DNA of 64,000 bases from Octopus sinensis (GCF_006345805.1 NC_043002.1:7068001-7132000), one strand, 5' to 3'; counted from the first letter of the stretch, positions 1 to 12,394 are shown. A program made the numbers and translations. The notes: a model not told the origin generated them from the sequence alone.

Positions 1-31
<31 letters not shown>

Positions 32-404
32 TGTGTGTGTGTGTGTATTTATATATATATATTATATACACACACACATATTTGTTTGTTTATTACACTG
101 AACGGATTACAGTTATAAAAATGTAATTCAAAATGATAATTCTATATTTATAAGAATTTTACAATATAAAATATGGAACAATTTATATCAAGTTGTCATC
201 AGTGCAGCAGATATATCACAATATTCATAAAAACGAATATAAATATATAAAAAGTACGAATTCGCTCAAGATTTCATTGGTTTCCATACATATCAACTAG
301 TAGCTTTAGATTCTCTTTATCTCTTGTCCTGCTTAAAGCAACATAAATTTAATGGGTTTTTTTTAACGTATTCTTCTTAGTTCACCCATTCTAGCACTTT
401 CAGT

Positions 405-824
405 GATCTTTTCGGTTTGAACGGCAGTTTTTAAAAATAATTTCCACGTAACTAAACACTCTTAAACTTCGTATACTGGTTGAATGTGTTTATTAAACAT
501 CCTCTTCTCTTGGCTTTCTTGAGAAAATTCTATAGTTTGTAAGATATTTGTTGTTTTTTTTCTTCAATTTCTGCAATTTCAACCAATCAATGACATCTAT
601 TGAGGTGAAAAACATTCTGTGCCGTATAAATATGTTCCTCGTTTAAAACAGATTGGGTTTATTTATATTACTGAAGAAAAAAGATACCCTTCTCCCCACA
701 TCTAAACCTAACCCTAACCCTAAAACAGATTGAAATGCAATAGATCGATACTAGGGTCATAATTATGGGTGACAATTTCATATGACACCGCTAGAAAAAA
801 CTGCCGTTGAAACCGAAAAGATCT
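405..824. mobile_element. MITE-like non-autonomous DNA element with ~28-bp terminal inverted repeats and a candidate 8-bp TSD
   Basis: GATCTTTTCGGTTTGAACGGCAGTTTTT at 405 is the reverse complement of AAAAAACTGCCGTTGAAACCGAAAAGATC at ~795-823, with one mismatch. CTTTCAGT lies at both 397-404 and 825-832. No ORF; short internal (CCCTAA)n at ~705-723. Confidence 0.8.
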
Positions 825-1074
825 CTTTCAGTCCCTCTTCTCCTATTTATGTTAGGACGGTGTGATAAATACCATAACTTTCCATTCACTTTCATTTAAC
901 CTCTCCTGTCGTCACTCTCTCCCGTTTGATAGACTCCTGTTTCATAGTATCTCCTTACAGTGACTGCTAATAAATACGTATTGCTAATTATTATATGTGG
1001 GTCATATACGAATTCATCCATGTATATGTATGTGTCTGTGCGTGTGTGCGTGAGTGTAAATGCGTGTGTAAGTA

Positions 1075-1925
1075 TATATACATATATGTATATGTACTTA
1101 TATATGTATGTATACATAAATATATGTCGCTTATACATATGTATATATACATTTGCTTACAGACATATGTATATATACCTATACATTTGCATACATACAT
1201 ATATGTATATATATATAGATATGTGTATATGTACTTATATATGTATATATATATAAATATATGTCGCTTATACATATGTATATATATACATATATGAATA
1301 TGTACTTATATATGTATATATACATAAATATATGTCGCTTATACATATGTATATATATATACATTTGCATTCAGACATATGTATATATACCTATACATTT
1401 GCATACATACATGTATGTATAAATATATACATATATGTATATGTACTTATATATGTATATATACATAAATATATGTCGCTTATACATATGTATATATACA
1501 TTTGCATACATAAATGTATGTATATATATATACATATATGAATATGTACTTATATATGTATATATACATAAATATATGTCACTTATACATATGTCTATAT
1601 ACATTTGCATACAGACATATGTATATATACCTATACATTTGCATACATACATATATGTATATATATACATATATGTATATGTACTTATATATGTATATAT
1701 ACATAAATATATGTCGATTATACATATGTATATATACATTTGCTTACAGACATATGTATATATACCTATACATTTGCATACATACATGTATGTATATATA
1801 TATACATATATGGATATGTACTTATATATGTATATATACATAAATATATGTCGCTTATACATATGTATATATATACATTTGCATTCAGACATATGTATAT
1901 ATTTCTATATATTTGCATACATACA
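1075..1925. repeat. Minisatellite of degenerate TA-rich units (~70-140 bp)
   Basis: The marker TATGTCGCTTATACAT recurs at ~1123, 1260, 1332, 1473, 1577, 1713 and 1848, interleaved with CATTTGCATAC and ATGTACTTAT submotifs. Confidence 0.9.
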
Positions 1926-2844
1926 TAGATATATATACGCCCGCGCACGCACACTTACGCACGCGGGCACGCACACACACATACACACACACATATAATT
2001 GCTTCATCCTGTCAGTTGATAGCTGTTTCATTATTCAATGTTCAGTCAATGTGAAATTACTTTTAAAACCAGCCCCCAACAAAATATAGCAGACAAAACT
2101 CGGTACCTCCAAAGGATTAATTGTATCCGTCCCAGGAATCTCATTCTTATGCAATCCAGTTTTGACCTTATGCACTTTGGTGCTTATTGCATAAGACTAT
2201 TTTGCGGAGTCGAGGATAACATCTTGATATCTACAGATTATAGATTATTTGTGGACATACGTGAAATTGGAATAATTACCAGAATTTGTTTTCGTAAAAG
2301 GTATCATACTTCCCGCTCATCAGATTATCAGACCGTTACAGCATGATGCTTATACATAAGATACCCTTAATCAGCTTCTTTAATGTGCCGTCTCTCAAAT
2401 ATGTTGCATCTTTCTTAACAGAATGCCTCCCATCGCTCTAAGTTCTAAGCTCGTGAAATTAACGTGCAAGTAGCTGAGCACTCCACAAACACGTGTAACC
2501 TTAATATAGTTCTCAGGGCGAGTATAGCCGAGCAAATCGAACCATGTACTTGACTGGTATATTTTTTCTGACTTGGAATGAAGCAAAGTCAAACGCGGCA
2601 GATTTTGAATGCAAAATATTGAGGTACGCAACACATTCTGTAAGGAATTCGGTTCACTTATTCTGTAAGTACATCGCCCTCGCTTCCTCAGAATCCAGAG
2701 TTTTGGATTTTAGTGATCCAAAGACTCACACAATGAAAATATCAGACATTGACACAAATGTAGAATGTCGACAGTTTAATCTTAATCTTTGACGTCATTC
2801 TTTTGTAAGAAATTATCATGGTATTACAGTTGGTGTTTCTTTGT

Positions 2845-3219
2845 TTGTTGAGCGAAGCGGTCTTCGTCCCAGAGCTCGCAAGGTGGAAGAAGTCCGAAAC
2901 ATGGTCCTTTGCTATTCGTAAAACCCGCAGAAGAGAAAGCATTTCAACCCCCGACACCGAGAGCATCTACGGATGAATGAATGCGCATCCAGGCTCAGCT
3001 GTTGCGTAGGAAGTCGGGGACAAGAGACAGGAAGAAAGAGTGAGAGAAAGTTGGAGCGAAAGAGTACAACAGGGGTCGCCACCAACCCCTGTCGGAGCCT
3101 CGTGGAGCTTTAGGTGTTTTAGCTCAATAAACACACACAACGTGCGGTCTGGGAATCGAAACCGCGATCCTCCGAGCGCGAGTCCGCTGCCCTAACCACT
3201 GGGTCATTGCGCCTCCACT
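2845..3219 (-). mobile_element. tRNA-derived SINE, family A, full length
   Basis: Minus-strand head GGAGGCGCAATGACCCAGTGGTTAGGGCAGCGGACTCGCG...GGTTTCGATTCCC has A- and B-box-like motifs. The body matches copies at 12124, 22970, 28799 and 42520; CAA-type tail. Confidence 0.9.
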
Positions 3220-4427
3220 TGCAGTTAGTGTGCTGTTTGCAGACAGCTTCTTTGAAGGCATAAGCTAACGTATTCCCTGTCATTAATGTATGTTTTTTTA
3301 GGTTCACATTTCAGTTGATTGACTAGGACTTAAGGTTTTTATATTAGTGATAATAATATAAGTATTTTTGCTGCTGTTGTTGTTTATCTCTAGGACAGCG
3401 CCGATGGAGCAAAAATAGCCTCACATGAATGATATTCATACTACTCACAACCCATCTATTTCTTCAATGCTTATTATACACTAGACTCCATAAATCCAAT
3501 GTATACAATTTTAAATTTGTAATGAGTGACGTGTTATAATGTTACCGAAAAGACAGTGGCAGTCTATTTGATTGCCGTGACCAACAATCACCCTTTGTCA
3601 GCTGCAAGAAACTTAACTCACATTGGCCCGGTCCAATCAATGTTAAATAAGTACCACCAAGAATATATCGCTTGACATTCAAGCCAATAGGAGCTGCAAC
3701 GCAGTTGTTCCATCTGTTAGAAATGGCAGCAAACTCGCTCTTTTTAATCTCACTCATAAAGTCTTACAAAAAGAAAAAGTATGTGGTCCATAATAAAATT
3801 TACCTGAAAAGAGAATGGGTTGGTCACGGCTCGAACGTTTTCAGTATGGGTTGTTCAATCTGTATTGACAAGAGATTTTAATAATCTGTGGAATCCTTCA
3901 AAGCACAACTGAGATGTGTTTTGTTGCCTTACTGAAGTAAACTATAATGATATTTTGAGCATAACTTGAAAGCAATATCTGAAATTTAATCAGAGTAGTT
4001 TCTCATTAATGACTGCTTATTGTGTTTAGTCTCTAAGTAGGGTGTTTCCTGAAACTTATTCAATTAAGTTCTGTGTTCACTGCACAACCATTCCTTGAAT
4101 GAAACATTCCTGAATAATTGTTGAAATAATTTTTAAATTTATCCGAATTTAGAGATGTTCAAGAAGATGGTCAGAATCTAACAAAGTTTGTACCCATGTG
4201 ACAATTTGAACAGTTCTTGATGATCTGTTGCATCAATGTTCTGTTAAACAGTTCTTCTCATTATGTAAGAAGGTTTCGAGTAACGAGATTTGAAATTCTA
4301 TACTGAGACCAATGTGCTGCATGTTTGAGGCATAAAAACAATTTTGTCTTCACGAAGTTGACATAGTAATTACTTCAGCACCTGCATCTGTTGCAAATTA
4401 GATAATTAGTTAAATATAAGATCCTGG

Positions 4428-4810
<383 letters not shown>

Positions 4811-5309
4811 CACTCTCTCGTTATTATTTATTCTGTAGATCAAGGTGAGATCGTACTAATTATAGTTAATTAACATCAATTCTGATGAAAGTAATTTCAA
4901 ATTTTGATGAATAAATGTATATGACAGTCAGGAAGTTTGACTTGCTAAATATCAAACGGGATATGATGTAATTATCACCAATGTATTATAAATAATTACA
5001 TTAATAAAGAAATAACAGAAAAGCACAATTAGAATTCTGAAAATCTTTCTGAAGACAACATCAGCTTTCTTCATATCACGAGTGTAAAGATTGCGCCAAA
5101 CGTACCCTGCATGGTAACATAATTAACAAACATTCACAAATATCACGCGTAACAAAAAATATTGCAATACACGTTACAAATTTGCGTCTGTATACGTATA
5201 CACACACTCTCTCACTCACGCACACACATGCACAGACACTCGCACACACTCGCACATACACATATACACGCATAAATACATACATACACATGCATACATA
5301 TATACATAC

Positions 5310-5990
5310 GTATGTATGGTGACCCGAGAATATTACATTAGTCATAGGAAAATATGGCAGTCGGAACACTCCTCTTACAACAAAACAATATCCCACAATG
5401 CATTTGCAGTACCAGGGTTGATCCCAACATATGGGATATTTGACTGCTCTGTAGAGGAAATCCACTCCATAGATACCAAAACCCACAAGATCCTGACAAC
5501 AACTGGGAACTTCCACAGAAACTGATGCTCACATGCTCTACCAAAGAAGAAATGAAGGTGATAGAGACCTGAGATTAGTGCAGACGGCCTTCGAATGCCG
5601 TATGGTATCACTCAGGCAGCATCTGCTGAACAACAGCAGTAAAAATAAATATATAAATGCAGTGCTGAAAAGTGAAGTGAGAAACATTGTACGAGTTGGC
5701 AGTGAACTCCTCAAGAAGCACTCTCTTCCTGATGATCTCCTCTTCAACCCCAAAACAGCTGGGCTCTCTTATCGCAAAGAAGACCTGGGTGGAAGCACTC
5801 AACATATATAAAAAAAAAAGACTATCTATGGTTATGTTGCCAGGAAGCTTGAAGAATACAGTAGAATTGACACAAAGCGCAGCCTCTCTTGGCCACAAGA
5901 CCACTACATCACATCGCACTTTGGAGGCTATGCCTTTGCAATCCAGGAAGAGTAGATTGCCACAGAGTACCTGGTGAACAATATCGACAG
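5310..5990 (+). mobile_element. Decayed RLE-type non-LTR retrotransposon fragment (R4/NeSL group), RT thumb region
   Basis: Translates as ...SHNAFAVP...KILTTTGNFHRN / LYQRRNEGDRDL...LRQHLL / HITSHFGGYAFAIQEE. Paralogous to 6290-8830 and 55400-56330; contains stops and frameshifts. Confidence 0.75.
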
Positions 5991-6695
5991 AAAATAACGC
6001 TGTAGGTGCCTTACAATAGTATGGTTTGATTAACGAAAGACACTCGACTCTATTCCGTACTCGTAACTGCTGGTGTGTCTACATTTCGCAAAGTAGACCA
6101 ATGCAACCAATGAGAGGCTCGCAAAGACATGGGCAACAATTCTTACACTTAATAATGCGAATACAAGGATTATCTCCAATGTTGTAAATATTTCAAAGGA
6201 AGTATTTCAATGAGATATTCTTTCTGAAATTCTGCTCATTTAATCATTACATCCATTATCATACCTGCTAAAAAAAAAAAATCAAGCTGTTACATGCAAC
6301 TGCTAGAGATGTAAATGTAATCCATAATTTCTTTGTGGGTGGCCTCAAGATTTATACTAAAACTGTTAACAAGGCCAAAAATCAGCTGGAATTAATAACA
6401 TCTTCAGTTGGCATAGCAATGGAATGTGGCCAAAAGAAATATTCATATTTGTTTGTTGCACGGGGAAAAAATCACTTCCTCAATCTCCAAACCTATCAAT
6501 CGATGGTCTCGTTATTTCTCTTGACCTACACAAAGAACGCTACAAGTACTTAAGTATTGATGGAAACGTGTCATACGAAGGTACTGTGAATAAAGATAGA
6601 GCAACACTAGGATATTATGTCAGATTTAGAAACAGATGTCAGTGGGAACAAGTCTCTTGCAACAAGGCAGTGTCCCTCAATGCATTTGCAGTACC

Positions 6696-7111
6696 TATTT
6701 CTTTACTACCTATAAGAGACTAAACACGGAGAGGACAAACAAGGACAGACAAACGGATTAGATGATTATATCGACCCAAGTGCGTAACTGGTACTTAATT
6801 TATCGACCCCGAAAGATGAAAGGCAAAGTCGACCTCGGCGGAATTTGAAATCAGAATGTAACGACAGACGAAATACCTATTTCTTTACTACCCGCAAGAG
6901 GCTAAACACAGAGAGAACAAACAAGGACAGACAAACGGATTAAGTCGATTACATCGACCCTAGTGCGTAACTGGTACTTATTTAATCGACCACGAAAGGA
7001 TGAAAGGTAAAGTCGACCTCGGCGGAATTTGAACTCAGAACGTAGCGGCAGACGAAATACCGCTAAGCATTTCGCCCGACGTGCTAACGATTCTGCCAGC
7101 TCGCTGCTTTT
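6696..7111 (-). mobile_element. tRNA-derived SINE, family B, head-to-tail dimer with 13-bp TSD
   Basis: Full copy 7111->~6877 (GGCGAGCTGGCAGAATCGTTAGCAC...GTTCTGAGTTCAAATTCC) followed by a 5'-truncated copy ~6876->6696. CATTTGCAGTACC is duplicated at 6683-6695 and 7112-7124. Confidence 0.9.
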
Positions 7112-7669
7112 CATTTGCAGTACCAATGCTGATTTCAGCACTTGGCATAATTGACTGGACTTTAGATGAGATCCTCTCCATACACATTAAAGCCCGCAAA
7201 ATACTGATATCAATTGGAGTTCTCCATAAAAAAATGTAATATCTACCTCTGTCGTCTACCTAAGGAGAGCTGATAGAAGTAGAGGGTTGAGATCAGTGCA
7301 GACAGCCCTTGCATGAAGTCTCTCTCAGACAACACTTGCTAAACAACAGCAGCAAAACTAAATACTTTAACTTAGTGCTGAAAAGCGAAGAGAAAAACGT
7401 GCTGCGTTTCAGCAGCGAGTTCCTTAAGGAGCACTCTGTTCTTGGACCTCCCCTACAACCGCAAAACAGCCGGACTAATGTACCTAAAAGAAGACCTAGA
7501 TGTGAAACTCTCAGCACACCAAAAGAAGACTATGCTGAGGTATATTTCCCGAACAGTTGAAGAAGACAATAATATTGACCTGAAACGCAGCCACTCTTCG
7601 TCTCGTGAGCGTCACATTACATCACACTTCGAAGGCAATGCATTTGAAGAACAGGAGATTGTTACGAAA

Positions 7670-8186
7670 TCTATATATATAAAACTGTAGTTGTGTGAGT
7701 GTCTGTCTCCTACGATTTAGATTCCTAACTCCTCCCACATTTTGCGGTGCAGTTTAACCAAAACCGGGTATCTTATAGTCGTGATTAATATCGAGCCCGT
7801 CTGGCTATTAGCGCGCGTCTACGATGAGTCTACGATTTTTAAAATAATTTAACATCATTTTTTATTCCATTTTAATGCATAATTTTTCGTGTGTCGATGG
7901 CGGCGGAGTTGGCGTCCACGCTCAAACACCTGCACCTGTGTTTGCTTCTCCCCCTTCTTCCCTCCCTCGTGAAGCTGTGGGGAAGGGAGTGTAAAGAAAT
8001 CAACGTCGTAATGCGTTGTCAAGGAGACCAGCGTTCTTTTAGAACAACGACTTCATGGCTTGAAGACACCAAAACAGAAATGGCTAAGAAAGCCCGAATT
8101 GGCATCTATAAGGGAAGTAACTCTCTAAAAATGCTTATATAGTTATTTCCCTTACAAACCCGAGCAACGCCGGGCGATACTGCTAG
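7670..8186 (+). mobile_element. Non-autonomous Helitron
   Basis: Begins TCTATATATATAAAA and ends with hairpin CCCG-AGCAACG-CCGGG then CTAG. Inserted between A7669 and T8187 without a TSD; removing it restores the host frame EQEIVTKYLINKR. Confidence 0.85.
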
Positions 8187-9578
8187 TACCTAATAAACAA
8201 AAGAGACAGTGAAGCCCTTGCAGTTCCAAGGTTCCAACCGAAAATATAGATTATGTCATATTTCTGTAGAAAACATCACACATGTGATTAGAAGCTGCCC
8301 AAAAGTGTCATCAAAGTATTCTCTCCCGATGCGGTGCGACATTGTCACAAAAACAATATACAATGCCATTCGAAAAAAGAACAAGACTGTCCTGGAATAT
8401 TTACAGAGAATGCTCCTGTTATTGACTACATACACAAACATCGACACAAGGAATATTGGTGGAATATTTCCATCAAAACATCTGTAAAGTGTAAATATGT
8501 CAGGCCAGATATTGTTGTTTGGCAGAGATAAGAAAATGTATGTACTGTCATACAGGTCAGCTGTTCTGCTTATGTGAATATCTCTTTGAATATCAAAGAG
8601 AAAGAAAATAACTATGAGATAACTACTTCGAAACTTCCAGCTATTGAATACAGATTACAAATTTGCATTTATACCAATAATTATTGGCGAAGTTGGTTTT
8701 GTAAGTTAATACTAAAGTGAAAATTGGGACAAGTTACGGTTTTCAGAAAAAGCTAGCAACTAATTCGCACATTACAAATACAATCCAGAAGTGGAACAGT
8801 AAAAATAAGTAAGACTTTTCTGAAGTTCAAAATGTGACAATGTTTTGTTAACTACATTCCACCGATGGGCCTTTGTGTCTTCGTTAGAAACCAGCTACTT
8901 CCTGAGGGGGAGAATCTAAATAATTAAGAACAAAAGAGCATATTCATACATACATACATACATACATACATACATACATACAGAGATATGTTGCAAGCGC
9001 AACTAAGATGTAACTTCAGGTTGACTCGTAATGCTTGGAATTATATAGACTGTAGATAATGAGCAAATGATGAATAAAATTTCGGCTGACATGAAAGAAT
9101 TACATCTGAGAATCTATTGAGTAATGAGGGGTTGTGAAGGTGGAGGATGGCGAGCAATTCCTGTGAATACAATTTACAATTTCTGAGGTTAATATGTAAC
9201 GGAGGAGCCTCGCAGATAATGGATCAGAATGGGATGTCGGTGCCTGAGGTTGTGTAAGATTAGAGGATCTTGTTTCTCTCTATGTATCCTTATATATATT
9301 TGCATGTGCATGTGCATGTATGTATATTTTACATGTCCAGCCAAAGCAATTTTATTTGCATCACAATCTCTATATCACCTTAACTGGATTCCTCTTATAA
9401 ACACTCTATACCCCACGGATAAAGACTTCGGAGGGTGAGTTCAAATCATTTGAGCACTATGTGTTTTATATATTCAGTATCTCTAGATTTTACTCGTTGA
9501 CTCCCTCTCTCTCTCTCTCTCTCTCTCACTCTCACTCTCTCTCACTCTCTCTCACTCTGTCTCTCTCTCTCTCTCGCT

Positions 9579-9619
<41 letters not shown>

Positions 9620-10223
9620 TATACATATACATATGTGTGTATATATGTATTTACATAAGTATACATATATATTTATAAACATACACATATCCAAAATATA
9701 TATATACTCACACGTCCATGCACACATGCATATAAGTACATACACACACATGCACATACCCACATGTATATACTTGTATTTATGTGGGTTTATATATTTC
9801 TTTGGGATTTTTTTTTTCGAATTGAAGAATTCCTGAAAAATTAGCAACGCGTTTTTTTGGCTTAAGTTAAGACAGCTCTTGAGGCCTTAATTTGTTGGTG
9901 CTCACGACGGGGCGTACATGCATGCATCTTGTTGTCAGGCTCTTATCGTCCGTCAGCAATATAAACACGAGCATCTTTATGCACCACAAGTCCATGGTTA
10001 ATAATGCAGTATTATGTTCTAACGTTCATATTCAGTGGGAGATAAATACTACCTCCTGGTATTAATACTGATTCTGTTCCCATTGTATGTGTGTGAGAAT
10101 GTTTGTGTATGTTTTTATGTCTTATGTATGTATATATATATATATAATATATATATATATATATGTATGTTTTATATGTGTGTATATACATATGTATGTA
10201 TGTATATATGTATGTATGTATGA

Positions 10224-10299
<76 letters not shown>

Positions 10300-10304
10300 A
10301 TATA

Positions 10305-11322
10305 TTCTACGATGACCACCCTTGCTAGCTATGCAGATGACACAAAAGTCTCCCACGCAATACAAAACCCTGAAAATATTGCGCATCTGCAACATGAGCT
10401 GGACACAATATACAGGTGGGCTGAGGACAACAACATGCAGTTTAATGCAGGTAAGTTCCAGGCCCTGCGCTACTGGCACACAAAGGTAAATGACGTGAAG
10501 ACTGGATACACTGGCCCAGGAAGAATTGCAATCCCTGAGTCAAAATCAGTGCGTGACCTGGGCATTGACATGAGCAATGATGCATCTTTCCAAATGCATA
10601 TTGCTAATCTGGTGATAAAATGCAGACGGCTAGCTGGATGGATTCTCCGAACTTTCAGAACAAGAGAGAAGGAGACACTGATGGTCCTATGGAAAACATT
10701 TGTCCTCAGCCGCTTGGACTACTGCTCCCAACTTTGGTCACCACACAATATAAAACAAACAGCAGACTCGAAGCAACTCAGAGAAGCTACACAAAGAAAA
10801 TCGTCTCAATGCAAAATGTCAGCTACTGGGAAAGACTGAAGGTATTAAACCTCTTCTCCCTGGAGCGGAGGCGGGAGAGATATGCAGTGATATACATCTG
10901 GAAAATCCTGGAGGGTCTTGTCCCAAACTTTGGCATTCAAAGTTACTCCAACCGCAGAACGGGGCGCCGCTGCGTGGTGCCAAGGATTCCAACATCACCA
11001 TCAAAATACAGGTCCAGATACTGCAACAGCTTGGGTTTCAGAGGACCACAGCTCTTTAACATCCTCCCTAAATGCCTGAGAGACTTACATGGTGTGGATG
11101 TGGGTTTCTTTAAAACTAAACTGGATCTCTTCTTGTTGGGAGTCCCAGATGAACCTACCTCACGACAGGAGACACGGATGCGGGCAGCAGCATCGAACTC
11201 CCTTGTTGATCAAGTGCCACGTATCAGAGGTGGATTCACAAACTAGTGTAGCTCATTCAGCGGTGGTGCCCCAGCATGGCCGCGGCCTTCGGGCTAAAAC
11301 ATTTTTAAGGATTTAAGGATTT
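10305..11322 (+). mobile_element. 5'-truncated CR1/L2-group LINE (RT C-terminal half and 3' UTR)
   Basis: YADDTKV, MQFNAGKFQALRY, VRDLGI, RLDYCSQLWSP, YWERLKVLNLFSLERRRER. One frameshift near 10770; tail (AAGGATTT)2; (TA)n arrays on both sides. Confidence 0.92.
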
Positions 11323-11340
11323 ATATATATTATATATATA

Positions 11341-11398
<58 letters not shown>

Positions 11399-12123
11399 GA
11401 TATGCCGCTTATAGTTTTAGCAAAAAGATTTCCGAAATCGTTTATAGATGAGTATGTATATTTTTGATAAGAAATTCATATGCCCTTTACACACTAAGTC
11501 GGATTTTTTTTCTCCTAGGAATGGTCTCTTGGTGACCTTCAAACGACAGATGTAGGTCAAATTATTCTGGGGTACTTTCCTGCTGCATTTTCATTAGATT
11601 AAAATATTTACAGATGTTCACCAGAAGTAGATAGGTCACAATCTAAAACAAAATGGCAATGTTAATCATTAAAATCACCGTTATTCGAGGAACGAATACA
11701 TGGTCGTTCGATCTGTAAGAAATAGTAGTCAAGTTTCTTTGAAATCACTCCATACACTTTTTAAAAGAAAACGGAAGGTAATTTGGATATATGCCTAAAA
11801 TAATCAACTGGAAACTCCTTTCATCTTTGGTTTGATCAATCGTGATTGGCATAGAACGAAATACAGAAAATTAACTCTCACTTTTTTTCACATGGTATAT
11901 GAGAATTCCATTAAAATTTAGAAGAGCTAGAAGGATTAACGTTAATCCATTTTTTCGATGGGTTATTTCTATCATGTTTTCCTTTTTTTTTTTTTTTGGA
12001 TTTTTATAAAATCCGGAAGTTACACTGGTTTAACCTCATCAGCAACAAATAAACTGGAATGCTTTTTAGTGCTTTTTGATGTTGTGTTGTTGATGTTACT
12101 GTTCATGATATTGCAGTTGCTGT

Positions 12124-12394
12124 TTGTTGAGCGAAACGGTCTTCGTCCCTAGTGGGAGAAGTCCGAAACGTGGTCCTTTGCTATTCGTAAGACCCGCAGA
12201 AGAGAAAGCAGGTCAACCCCCGACACCGAGAGCATCGACGGATGGATGAATGCGCATCCAGGCTCAGCGGTTGCGTAGGAAGTCGGGGACAAGAAACAGG
12301 AAGAAAGAATGAGAGAAAATGTGGCGAAAGAGTACAACAGGGGTCGCCACCACCCTCTGCCGGAGCCTCGTGGAGCTTTAGGTGTTTTCGCTCA
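12124..12394 (-). mobile_element. SINE family A, 5'-truncated
   Basis: Body matches 2845-3219 but lacks the tRNA head. Confidence 0.88.

Larger units (their letters stand above)
6290..8830 (+). mobile_element. Decayed RLE-type non-LTR retrotransposon (R4/NeSL group), interrupted by a SINE dimer and a Helitron
   Basis: RT and thumb remnants (NAFAVP, LYxPRxxxGRGL-like), CCHC-type knuckle RLCH...ENITHVIRSCP, EYWWNISIKTSVKCKYVRPDIVVW (PD-D/ExK endonuclease start) and a C-terminal IPIIIG...GFV motif. Confidence 0.8.

Noticed and set aside
700-725. (CCCTAA)n as a telomere or interstitial telomeric site
   Set aside because: Only about three units, and internal to a TIR-bounded element.
1075-1925. 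CRISPR-like repeat-spacer array
   Set aside because: The units are wholly repetitive with no unique spacers, there are no cas genes, and the context is eukaryotic.
896-1998. Long ORFs rich in Y/I/C/V/H/T here and at 12.3-13.4, 19.1-22.5, 41.2-41.9 and 50.5-51.0 kb, including the 359-aa ORF at 12309
   Set aside because: They are translations of stop-free (TA)n, (TCTA)n and (CA)n repeats and SINE sequence, with no protein-like complexity.
3542-4400. Possible minus-strand exon or integrase relic (HAAH...CSNC spacing, EGFHRLLKSL, a CAG|GTAAAT donor-like site, ORF 3542-3757)
   Set aside because: The motifs lie in frames broken by several stops and no DDE core can be traced. It could be a very old integrase but is not supportable without a profile search.
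9893-9960. Hairpin TGCT..GACGGGGCG / CGTCCGTC-AGCA as a pre-miRNA
   Set aside because: The paired arms are short and interrupted and the loop is about 30 nt; no expression evidence.
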